This document shows, in pieces, positions 10,147 to 22,247 of a stretch of DNA of 43,271 bases. The first letter of the stretch is position 1. Every line of letters starts with the position of its first letter. The notes under the pieces are model-generated. The model did not search any database. It saw nothing but the letters and a program-made list of their open reading frames with translations, and was not told the origin of the DNA. The translations under genes and the position numbers were made by a program. The stretch comes from Catajapyx aquilonaris (lineage: Eukaryota). Location of the stretch: contig JYFJ02003340.1 of assembly GCA_000934665.2 (NCBI GenBank), positions 1-43,271 of the forward strand, in the 5' to 3' direction.

Positions 10147-12084
10147 TTAATCTTGTGGAGGTGTCCACTTGGTTGGGTCTAGTCCGCTGTATTGAAGCAG
10201 AAGTTTGGTCACAGGGTGATACAGAAGAGGTCCCACATGTTTAGCAGCGATAATGTCTGCGTGTGTGAAGAGAGGCCATTTGTTCTGGAAGGTTCCGACT
10301 AGATTTGGGAGCTGGTCGGCCTGTATCTTAACATCCTGAAAAGGAAGGTTAAATCCCAGCTATGTTGATATCTGATAGAGCGATGGCCCCCCCAATGGGA
10401 ATTGCATAAAGTGATTGTATAATGGGCAATCGCAGCAGGAATTTCTTTGTAGGTTAACATGACTCAATTATTACAGTGTTTTTTGTTTGACTTCATTAAA
10501 AAAATTTTTGCATGCTGTTATTGCTGCCTTACTCTTGGATTTAAATAAAAATCGTTGATCGACCAAAAGATGGCCACTGGAGCTGTGATTTTCCTCAGAT
10601 CGTAGACTGGTGGTGTGGATGAGTTGTACAGACGAAGGTTCTTCGATGGTCCGAAATCGTACTTGGCAAATGCACGCCTTTCTCTCATTTGTGAGTAGTG
10701 AAAAAAGAGGCGAAACGATCCGCCAGCACGCTCGTACAAAATAATTTCTTCATATTTCTCCTGCAAAAATTGAAAGCAAAAAAAAAAAATGTTGTAGTTT
10801 ACATTGTGAGAGATTGCTGGCTTTTTCTTATTACAACAGAGCAGTTGTCATCAAGGTTCAGGCAAGTGACTATCTTGTGACTATAGGTCAAGTTCCTTCA
10901 TCATAGGACAAGGAATATACTGTAATTTCGAGATTACTTGCCTCGTCCACTTCTTCCAGATCGAACCCTAGAGTCACTGCTGCTCCAATTTTGCCGATGC
11001 CTCTAGTGTACCGGTTCCACGTGTAAAATGCGTGCCCCAGAGGATACAGCACCTCCGCAAAAGGAAGACTAATGCTCATCACTCCCAATGACATCAACAA
11101 CTTCTGGAAATGTGCGTTATTAGGTTTATGGTCTTCATCACGGTCCCACTGGAAATAGTGAAAAATGAGAGTACTATGCCGGTCTCTGTAATCCAATATG
11201 GAGGCTCTATGAGCGTGGCAGGCGAAACTTCATTGACCCTATCGGTGAGTCCATGCAGTGTAACAGCCAGATACACTTTTGAGTTGTACTCTGGTCTTCC
11301 GGACAGAGCTTGGAAGATTGCTGTTCCTCCATAGGACATTCCGACTAATCCGACCTTGTCATGACCCGTTTTCTCCAGGACATAGTCTATGATGGTTGGC
11401 ATGTCCACTGTGGCGATCTGGTCCCCACCGAAGTCCCAGAAGTCTTCGTACAAAGGGTCTTTGGTCAAATGCTTCCTGCAGTGAGCGTTCCCTCTGTAGT
11501 TGACCAACCAGACGTCGAACCCAGCATCAGCTAATGTGAATGCTTTTGGGAGGACCACAAACAAACTGTAAGGCATCTAAAAATCAGTGTTACATGCTTC
11601 ACAGAATGGCCCCTAATATATTACCTAGAGATCTTGATGGACGGCCGATAATGTAGCTCGCTGAAGAAAGGACGACTGCATGAAGTAGGAGGACTGGTGG
11701 TCTTTTGGGACTGCTGCTGTTTGTCGAAGATGACATTCTTCCATATGGTACTCGGTCCACGGCCAGTATGTATCCATCAGATACTACCTGGTGTTGCTCG
11801 CGCGGGTAGCCCTTCTGCTTCTGTACCACCTCGCACTGATGATACACATATAAGCAAGGTTTATTATGTTGGGCACTAACTAGAGGTAGAGGTTACTAAA
11901 TAGCCCACCATAATTATTAGCTCTGCTCCTGATTCTTGCAATATTCAATATCTGTTTCATATTATGATCGGTTTAGTCTACTCACAATATTCGGTGGTTC
12001 AGACTCCTTAAAGTAAAAGAGCCTAAGTGCACTTGTTTCCAGAACAAGAGTAGCCACAACGATCAGGACTGATGATCCAGCCAT
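10147..12084 (-). CDS. Secreted acid lipase family protein (lipase 3/gastric lipase-like), copy 1 (418 aa)
   Basis: Exons 12084-11986, 11835-11625, 11542-11175, 11103-10942, 10760-10533 and 10335-10147. Signal peptide, LADAGFDVWLVNYRGN, FWDF, GMSYGG, WSINDF, FTHAD. Confidence 0.9.
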
Positions 12085-13210
12085 CGTCGCTGATATTGGG
12101 CTGGTATGATCTATGGTGAGCTGTGCAATTGCCTTTTTCCTGCATCTCATATCATTATGCATGGTTCCTTTTTAGCACAATTACGCGCAACTCTCCAGGG
12201 TAATTTTGTAATGAATGATCTATATATGTATGTGTATAGATTGGGGAGGAAAAACATGATCAGGTTTTTCTCCCCATCCTTACGGAATACCGGAAGGACG
12301 AAAGTGTTATTCAAATGAAAACGAGACAAGGTCATAGCAAATACAACAGATGCCCAACATTCAAAAAATATTTTTGTCTGACTATTTATCGCATCATTAT
12401 TTTCATTATTTGACCCCATTACATTTTATTAGGCATATACCCCGACTTAGTTTCATTAATCATCTTACTTTGCAGTTGAAATAGAAATTAACATTATGTG
12501 TAATTTCTTCCTCTTAACATTTAAAGTTAAACTGTCAATATTTAAATCACTGTGTCTCAGTTAATTGTTATTGTTCTGCAATGATTATTATGATTTATGT
12601 CGTGCCATTACAGATCAAATTAACCGACCTTTCATTTATAATCATCATTTTGCAAGGTTCCTTTTTGTCATAATTAACACGCGGCTCTCCGGGATAGTTT
12701 TGCAACTCCTGAGCAATATACGTATAGGCTAATTATTATAAGGCAGGGTGGAAAATGATCGGGTTTTTCTTACATTATTACAGAAGGCTTTAATGGCAAC
12801 AGTGCATAAGTCACGTGCACTTCATTTATTCATGTATTGCCGTCTGAGAGAAATTACATACATTACATATACATATCTTCACGAAAATTGTCCCAAAGAT
12901 GGGATAGCCAGCGATGACATGGCCATTTGCTAATGACCTTGGGTGATTTTCATTTGAATAACACTTGAACACTTTTGTCCTTCCGGTATTCCGTAAAGAT
13001 GAGGAGAAAAACCTGATCATGTTTTTCCTATCCAATCTATACATACATAGATCATTCATTACAAAATTACCCTGGAGAGTTGCGTGTAATTGTGCTAAAA
13101 AGGCACTTTGCATAATGATATGAGATGCATGAAAAAGGAGACATATACGGTAAGATATAATGACACAGCTCAGCATAGTCCACACCAGTTTAGATCCAAT
13201 ATCAACGACG

Positions 13211-15090
13211 ATGGGTCCATCATCAGTCCTGCTCGTTGTGGCTACTCTTGTTCTGGGAACAAGTGCAATAAGGGTGGTGTACCTTCCGGAGCCTGTACCA
13301 CCGAACATTGTGAGTATACATTAAAGCGATAATAATACGAAAAAGAAGTTGAATATTGCAATGGTTTCGCTGTAAATCTGATATGGCCTTTCAACAAGAA
13401 TTGTACAAGGTGGGCCACAAGTCCCGTTGTATAAATTATCCCTGTGTTTCGCATCAGTGCGAGGTGGTACGGAAAGTGAAGGGCTACCCGTGCGAGGACC
13501 ACAACATAGTATCTGATGGATACATACTGGCCACACACCGAGTACCATATGGAAGAAACTCATCTTCGACAAACAGCATCAATCCCAAAAGACCACCAGT
13601 CCTCCTGCTTAGTGGAGTGACCCTTACTTCAGCGAGCTACATTATCGGTCGTCCATCCAGAGCTCTAGGTAATATCAGGGGGCCTCCATTTCTGTGAAGT
13701 TATGTCATATTTTTAGATGCCTTATGTTTGTTTGCGGTCCTCCCAAAAGCATTCATATTAGCTGATGCTGGGTTCGACGTCTGGTTGGTCAACTGGAGAG
13801 GAAGCGCTCACGGCAGGAAGCATTTGACCAAAGACCCTTTGTACGAGGACTTCTGGGACTTTGGCCAGGACGAGGTATCCACAGTGGACATGCCAAACAT
13901 CATAGACTATGTCCTGGAGAAGACGGGTCATAAGAAGGTCGGAATGGTCGGATTATCCTTTGGAGGAACAGCCATCTACCAATCTTTGTCCGGAAGACCA
14001 GAGTACAACTCAAAAGTGTATCTGGCTGTTACAATGGGCGCACTCACCGATAGGGTCAATGAAGTTTCGCCTGTCTCACTCATAGAGCCTCCATATTGGA
14101 TGATAGACATTACCATTGTAAGCTCATTTTTCACTAATAAGTACCTTACGCATATTCCCGTAATGTTTGTTTTTCCAGAAGTTGTCGGTTCTCACCGGAG
14201 TGATGAGCGTTGGTTTTCCATTTCCGGAGGTGGTGCATCCTCTGGCGTACATATTTTACACGTTTAACCGGTACACTAGAGCCATAGGCAAAATTGGAGC
14301 AGCAGTGGGTCTAGGGTTCGATCTGGCAGAAGTGGACGAGGCAAGTAATCCATCTGGAAATTATACATAACCTTCTATTCATTACTTCACCTAAGTCACC
14401 TATATGAACGATGAAGAAAGCCGCTCTGTTGTAATGAGATTTCATGCATATCTGTCATCATGTAAACGACAACACTTTTTGTACTTTCCATTTTTGCAGG
14501 AGAAATATGAAGATATGATTTTGTTGGAGCGTATTTCCGGAGCGTGGCGCATTATGTATCAGTACTCACAAATGAGAGAAAGGCGTGCATTTGCCAAGTA
14601 CGATTTCGGAGCAGCGGAGAACCTTCGTCGGTACAACTCATCCACACCACCAGTCTACGATCTGAGGAAAATCACAGCTCCATTGGCCCTCTTTTGGTCG
14701 ATCAACGATTTTTTTACACATCCAAGAGTAAGGCATCAATAACAGCAGGCGAAAAAAATTAATGAAGCCAATGTTACAGCCTTACAAAGAAATTCCTGCG
14801 ATTGCTCATTATACAATCACTTTCTGCAATTATTCGCATTGGGGGCCATCGCTTTATCAGATATCAACATATAGCTCTGCGATTTAACCTTCCCTTTTCA
14901 GGACGTTAAGATACAGGCCGACCAGCTCCCAAATCTAGTCGGAACCTTCCAGAACAAATGGCCTCTCTTCACACACCCGGACATCATCGCTGCTATACAC
15001 GTGGGACCTCTTCTGTATCACCCTGTGACCAAACTTCTGCTTCAATACAGCGGACTAGACCCAACAAAGTGGACACCTCCACAAGATTAA
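13211..15090 (+). CDS. Secreted acid lipase family protein, copy 2 (418 aa)
   Basis: Exons 13211-13309, 13458-13668, 13750-14117, 14179-14340, 14500-14727 and 14902-15090. GLSFGG, WSINDF and FTHPD give an intact Ser-Asp-His triad. Confidence 0.92.
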
Positions 15091-16024
15091 CCCTTCAACT
15101 TGAAGATGGTCTCACAATAAAAATGACATGTGTGTCCATCTCAATGAGCCTTATTACTATGTGTAAAACTATATAGTAAACCCGTTGACAAAATTTGGCG
15201 ACACTTTCAATCATCTTAATATTTTAGTTCGTTTGTGGAGTTATTTGTATGTGCGTAGATTCGCTACAGAAAACCAGGGGAATGCCCCTACACCGCATCA
15301 GACGAGTTTGTCCATCTAATCGAAATGCGCTTTATTTACTAATCTGTTCAAAATCACTAACCAACGATTCCAATAATTGAAGTGACTCTTACACACTTTT
15401 TCCTGTAATAATTGAAGGGGTCGGTGCAATACTGCCCTAACCCACCAAATGACACAAATTGAGTTTCGCGCACTTCCATATACTACACTCAAATATCTAA
15501 TAAAGTACACTGAGATTGTCCAGTTTCTGCCATTATTATGTTGGCGAGAAATCAAACAATGTTTTTATTGCTCCAAGGTTATGAATGCCTTTTCTGCAGC
15601 AAAACCGCCCTAACCCTCCATCTTCAAATATGGCAGCGCGTATAGGTTGCAGCTGCGAGCAGCTGTGTCTCACGAGATGGGCTTAAACAGCTCTTGGCTT
15701 AAATAGTGAGCTTTTGCCTGATGACACCGATGTGGATGAGAGTACCTGAGATTCAGAGTTCGATCCTGATAATGATGATGTGCAAAGTAGTAGTCATTTG
15801 CAGCAAAATAATAATAATAGTTGGGTCATTCCATGTCAAGACAGACAATTTGGTGGCTCGACCATCTCATAATTTGACATATAAAAATCATTGAAATGGT
15901 GCCAAAAATAAAGTTAAGAGCCTCCCAGGTGAAAATTCCACGGAGATATGGCAACGTCTTTCAGCAACAATGGAGCCGGAAGGACCGTTTACTTCAGGTG
16001 AAGTTATTGTTGTACCCTCATGTT

Positions 16025-16710
16025 CATATTATATCAAATGAACTGTTGTGAGATGAGGAACATTTTGTGGCAACATGTTTAACATAGTTTGTAAAATAAA
16101 AATGCTAAAAAAATTGCATTATTGTGCAAAACGGACACATTTCATATGGTCCGATGTCATTGTTAAACACATGCTAAGTGTGTGGTAGGTACATTGTCAT
16201 CTGATCATTACTACTGTAGGGCAACATCAAGGTCAATCAGACTTGGACATAATAAATCATGAAATGTCCGGAAAAGCCCTCTACAGGCTACTCCACCTTA
16301 TTTGATGTTGCGAGTGAACCATTTATGGTAAGAGTTCTTATACCGCTATGTTATGCATGAAAAGACGCTTCTGGTAACTTAAACCCAGCCCCACATTGAG
16401 AAAATGATGACCCCAAAGATGACCAAATTAGTGGAAAACAGACATTTTTCAGAAGTTTTATTTCCAAGACTGCTTGACCTGTGATGTTGTCCTTCGACAG
16501 TATAGTAATGATCAGATGACAATGTATACCGACCATATTAATTCCACACGCTTAGCATGTGTTTAGCAATGACATTGGACCATATCATATGTGTCCGTTT
16601 CGAACAATAATGCGAATTTTTTAGCATTTTTATTTTACAATCTAGGTTATACCCGATGACACCAAAATGTTCCTCATCTCACGACAGTTCATTTGATATA
16701 ATTTATATGA
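16025..16710. repeat. ~165-bp inverted repeat pair with a ~360-bp spacer (probable non-autonomous DNA transposon relic)
   Basis: ~16025-16185 (attatatcaaatgaactg…aaacacatgctaagtgtgtgg) is the reverse complement of ~16544-16710 with scattered mismatches. Confidence 0.75.
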
Positions 16711-17465
16711 TCACTAAACTAACTAGTGAAGCTTGTGATACATATTCTTGACCAAAATCAGGGGAGACGAAACTGTCAATATTTAAATCACTGTGTCTCC
16801 TAATGTTCTCCAATGATTATTATGATTTATGGCGAGACGTGCCATTACAGAACAAATTACGTACCCGACCTTTTATTTATAATTATCATTTTGCAAGGTT
16901 CCTTTTTGTCATGCAGCTCTCCGGGATAGTTTTGTACTCCTGAGCGATATACTGTACGCGGCGAATATAGATGAGGCGGGGGAAAAATGATCGTGTTTTT
17001 ATCCTATATTCTTCTACGGAAGGCTTTAATGGCAACTGTGCATTAGAGTCACGTTACTAAAACACTTCATTTATTCATATATTTGAATTGTCGTCTGAGA
17101 GAAATTACATACATTACATTCACATTACTTCACGAAATTGTCCCAAAAATATGGGATAGCCAGCGATGACATGGCAATTTGCTAATGACCTTGGGCGATT
17201 TTCATTTGAATAACACTTGAACACTTTTGTCCTTCCGGTATTCCGTAAGGATGGGGAAGAAAACCTGATCATGTTTTTCCTCCCCTATCTATATACGTAT
17301 ATAGATCATTAATTACAAAATTGCCCTGGAGAGTTGCGTGTAATTGTGCTAAAAAGGCACTTTGCATAATGATATGAGATGCATGCAAAAAGGAGATATA
17401 CTGTGAGATATAATGGCACAGCTCAGCATATAGTCCACACCAGTTTAGATCCAATATCAGCGACG

Positions 17466-19353
17466 ATGGGTCCATCATCAGTCCTGCTCGTTGTGGCTAC
17501 TCTTGTTCTGGGAACAAGTGCACTAAGGCTATTGTACCTTCCAGAGTCTGTACCACCGAACATTGTGAGTACACTAAAGCGATCATAATACGAAAAAGAA
17601 GTTGAACATTGCAATAGTTTTGCTGTAAATCTGATATGGCCTTTCAATAAGAATTGTACAAGGTGGGCCACAAGTCCCGTTATATAAATTATCCCTGTGT
17701 TTCGCATCAGTGCGAGGTGGTACGGAAAGTGAAGGGCTACCCGTGCGAGGACCACAACATAGTATCTGATGGATACATACTGGCCACACACCGAGTACCA
17801 TATGGAAGAAACTCATCTTCGACAAACAGCATCAATGCCAAAAGACCACCGGTCCTCCTGCTTAGTGGAGTGACCCTTACTTCAGCGAGCTACATTATCG
17901 GCCGTCCATCCAGAGCTCTAGGTAATATCAGGGGGCCTCCATTTCTGTGACGCATGTAATATTTTTAGATGCCTTATAATTGTTTGTTTGCGGTCCTCCA
18001 AAAGCATTCATATTAGCTGATGCTGGGTTCGACGTCTGGTTGGTCAACTGGAGAGGAAACCCTCACGGCAGGAAGCATTTGACCAAAGACCCTTTGTACG
18101 AGGACTTCTGGGACTTTGGCCAGGACGAGGTATCCACAGTGGACATGCCAAACATCATAGACTATGTCCTGGCGAAGACGGGTCATAAGAAGGTCGGAAT
18201 GGCCGGATTATCCTTTGGAGGAACAGCCATCTTCCAATCTCTGTCCGGAAGACCAGAGTACAACTCAAAAGTGTATCTGGCTGTTACAATGAGTGGAATC
18301 ACCGATAGGGTCAATGAAGTTTCGCCTGCCTCACTCATAGAGCCTCCATATTGGATGATAGACATTGCCATTGTAAGCTCACTTTTCACTAATAAGTTCC
18401 AGTATGAACCTAACGCACATTCCCGTAATGTTTGTTTTTCCAGAAGTTGTCGGTTCACTTCGGAATGATGAGCCTTGGTGTTCCCTTTGCGGAGGTGCTG
18501 CATCCTCTGGCGTACAAATTTTACACGTTTAACCGGTACACTAGAGCCATAGGCAAAATTGGAGCAGCAGTGGGTCTAGGGTTCGATCTGGCAGAAGTGG
18601 ACGAGGCAAGTAATCCATCTGGAAATTATACATAGCCTTCTATTCATTACTTGACCACAGTCACCTATGCACGAACGATGTTGTAATGAGATTTCATACC
18701 TATCATGTAAACGACAACATTTTTTTTTTGTACTTTCCATTTTTGCAGGAGAAATATGAAGACATGATTTTGTTTGACCGTTTTGGCGGAGCGTGGCGCA
18801 TTCTGTATCAGTTCTCGCAAATGAGGGATAGGGGTGCATTTGCCAAGTACGATTTCGGAGCAGCGGAGAACCTTCGTCGGTACAACTCATCCACACCGCC
18901 AGTCTACGATCTGAGGAAAATCACGGCTCCATTGGCCCTCTTTTGGTCGATCAACGATTTTTTTACACATCCAAGAGTAAGGCATCAATAACAGCAGGCG
19001 AAAAAAATTAATGAAGCCAAACAAAAATACTGAAAGTCATGTTAGCCTTACAAAGAAATTCCTGCGATTGCTCATTATACAATCACTTTATATGCAATTA
19101 TTCACATTGGGGGCCATCGCTCTATCAGATATCAACATAGCTGCGATTTAACCTTCCTTTTCAGGACGTTAAGATACAGGCCGACCAGCTCCCAAATCTA
19201 GTCGGAACCTTCCAGAACAAATGGCCTCTCTTCACACACCCGGACATTATCGCTGCTATACATGTGGGACCTCTTCTGTATCACCCTGTGACCAAACTTC
19301 TGCTTCAATACAGCGGACTAGACCCAACCAAGTGGACACCTCCACAAGATTAA
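17466..19353 (+). CDS. Secreted acid lipase family protein, copy 3 (418 aa; recent tandem duplicate of copy 2)
   Basis: Exons 17466-17564, 17711-17921, 18005-18372, 18444-18605, 18749-18976 and 19165-19353. The duplicated unit starts ~16770, matching ~12529. Confidence 0.92.
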
Positions 19354-19384
19354 CCTCCAACTTTGAAGATGGTCTCACAATAAA

Positions 19385-19710
19385 GAATGACGAGTGTGTC
19401 CTTTTGTCCATCGAAATGGTTTATTACTACAGTATGTACAAAATACATTCGCTAATCACTGATTACAATAAATAATGTAGTGATTAATGAACAATAATTG
19501 GGTATACATTATTGTCCATAAGAAGGGGAGGATATCCGCTCTTGTTTTTCCTCTTCATTCATTAGGAAATTACCCTCGGTGAGTTGCGTGTAATTATGGT
19601 TTAAAAAAATGTAACCTTGCATAATGATTATTATAGCATAGAGAAAAAGGAGGTGTACTGTAACATAATTGCACAGCTCACCATAGACCATACCAGTTTA
19701 GATCTAATAT
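19385..19710 (+). pseudogene. Orphan lipase promoter/5' leader, inverted copy of the region upstream of copy 4, truncated just before the ATG
   Basis: Reverse-complement match to ~22255-22580. Ends at ccagtttagatctaatat, where copy 4 continues ccagtttagatccaatatcagcgaggATG. Confidence 0.8.
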
Positions 19711-20004
19711 TATCGAGTACCTTCGAGACCTTCGTGTACCTTCGAGACGAGTAACCTTCGAGAACCTTGCACAATAAAATGTTATATAATAAATATTGTG
19801 CTGTCTCGCCATAAATCATAACTCATAAGCAACTGAGATACATAGATGAAAATAGACCTAATTTACTTCAAAATGTTCGCAGAAAGAAATATTACCATAG
19901 AAAGTGTGCAGATAATTATGGCAATTTTATATATGTTTTGATGTCTGTCTGCTGTACATATGTTTAATAACTTCATACATCAATAAAAATCAACATACTT
20001 TTTC

Positions 20005-20045
20005 CCGCGGTCCCTTGAAGTCTGTTATTTCCAGATTCAACTGTA
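20005..20045. mobile_element. Possible pogo/Tc1-like terminal repeat relic
   Basis: ggtcccttgaagtctgttatttccagattcaactg|ta resembles CAGTYGAA-type termini with a TA flank. The partner end was not found. Confidence 0.3.
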
Positions 20046-20457
20046 TTTTTGGGGGGACATAAATGGCCTCCTTACTATCCCTTTCCCACTTGTATTTAAA
20101 CTGCTGCTTTTGTATAGTGACGTGATTAAGTAGTTTCTTAAATGATATTGATTTTAGTAACAGTGTTGTTACTCAGGGACAGGAAATGAATTTCCTCAAA
20201 ACTATATAATCATGCTTTTTTTTTGTTTTCAAAGTAATTCTTTATAACATAAAATCTCATTTTGCAACCATAATTTATACACAACTCTTCCGGAGAGTTT
20301 TGCAACTCCTACAAATGGGACTGAAAAAAAATGATCTCTGGTTTTTCTTTCCATTATTTACGGAAAGTCTGATAGGAAAAAGTGTGTATAAGAATCACTT
20401 TATTTATTGGAATCGGTTATGAATACATTTTGAAAGAAAAAATCCTATGGCTGATGG

Positions 20458-22247
20458 TTAATCAGTTGGAGGTGTCCACTTGGTTGGCTCTAGTCCGCTG
20501 TGTTGAAGCAGAACTCTGGCGATAGGATGGTAGAGAAGAGGACCGATGGCCTGAGCAGCCAGTAGGTCCTGGTGATTGAATAGAGGCCATTCGTTCTGGT
20601 GGATTCCGGCTATATTTGGAAGCTGCTTTTTCATAACTTCAACGTCCTGCAAAAGGAAAGTGAGATTATATATGGCAGGAATTTATTTGCACGTTAATTT
20701 TTTCTTAAATTTGGCATCATTCATTATTTTTCTCTATAATACTGTTAAAAGCTGCCTTACTTTTGCATTTGTTTGAAAATCGCTGAGCGACCAAAAGATG
20801 TACATTGGGGCTGTGATTTTCCTCAGATCGTAGACTGGCGGTGTGGATGAGTTGTACCGACGATAGTTCTCCGATGGTCCGAAATCGTACATGGCAAATT
20901 CACCCCTATCTCTCATTTGCAAGTACTGAATATAACTGCGAAACGATCCGCTAATACGCACGTACAAAAGCATTTCTTCATATTTCTCCTGCAGATAAAT
21001 GGAAAGAAAAACAAGTTTAACGAGCCTCATAAGCAATGAATAATAATCACTTATACAAATCACTTATGTTCAGGTGTGCGCCAACTGGTAGGGGATAACG
21101 TACTACTTCCAAGTTGGGGGGGTGGGCCCAGCGGTGTTGCCAAAATTTGGCAAAGAGTCTGCCTATAGTTGTATAATTTCTCCAGAGAGATTACTTGCCT
21201 CGTCCACATCTTCCAGATTGAAACCAAAACCCACTCCTGCTCCAATTTTACCGATGGCTCTAGTTAACCCGTTCAATGTGTAAAATGAGTGCGCCAGAGA
21301 ATACACCGCCTCATAAGGAATGATGTTGCTCATCTGTCCGAAGAACATCGCCAACCTCTAGTGGAAAAACAAATATTACAGAAATGTGCATTAGGTTAAT
21401 CGCCTTCATTTGAGCGTCCCTCTGGAATCAGTGAAAAATGAGCTTACCACGAGGGTGTCTACAATCCAAAATGGAGGCTCCAAGAGAGAAACCGGCGAAA
21501 GTTCCCTTGTCCGATCCATGGATCCGCTGAGAGGAATCGCCACAGAGACCTTTGCATTGTACTCTGTTCTTGTGGACAGAAATTGGTAGATGATTGTTCC
21601 TCCAAAGGACAATCCGACTAATCCGACCTTATCAAACCCAGTCTTCTCCAGGACATAGTCTATGTAGACTGGAACGTCCACTGTGGCCATATCGTCCTGA
21701 CCAAAGTCCCAGAAGTCCGCGTCCAAAGGTTTTTTGGTCAAATGCTTCCTGCACTCAATGGTCCCTCGGAAATTGGGCATCCAGACGTCGAACCCTGCCT
21801 CCGCCAAGATGAATGCTTTTGGAGGACCACAAACAAACGAATTATATACGTTTTCACATAATGGAGACCCATAATATTATACCTAGAGATCTTGATTGAC
21901 GGCCCATAATGAAGGTCGCTGAAGAAAAGCCCATTCCATGAAGCAGGATGACTGGTGGTCTTTTGCTGCCGTTTGACGAAGATGAGTTCCTTCCATATGG
22001 CACTCGTTCCATGGTCAGTATGTATCCATCAGATATTACCTTGTGTTGCTCGCACGGGTAGCCCTTCTTATTCCGTATCACCTCGCACTGACAATACATA
22101 ATCAAGGAAATTAGTGCGACATTAATTAAGTTTGACGACGTTACTCACAATGTTCGGTCCTGCATATTCAGGCATGGACAGCAGCCTTAGTGCACTTGTT
22201 CCCAGAACAAGAGTAGCCACAACGATCAGGACTGATGATAGACCCAT
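20458..22247 (-). CDS. Secreted acid lipase family protein, copy 4 (~415 aa)
   Basis: Exons 22247-22149, 22087-21883, 21815-21448, 21357-21199, 20988-20761 and 20646-20458. HGM, GLSFGG, WSLSDF, FNHQD. Confidence 0.92.

Noticed and set aside
15625..15830. Acidic stretch (DTDVDEST*DSEFDPDNDD) reminiscent of a piggyBac transposase N-terminus
   Set aside because: Low complexity and interrupted by a stop, with no catalytic domain or TTAA-flanked TIRs identified.
10518..22105. Lipase copies as fragmented pseudogenes, as the ORF track suggests
   Set aside because: Every copy splices into an intact frame once the GC donor and AAG acceptor are allowed; exon lengths are conserved (99/211/368/162/228/189 with small in-frame variants).
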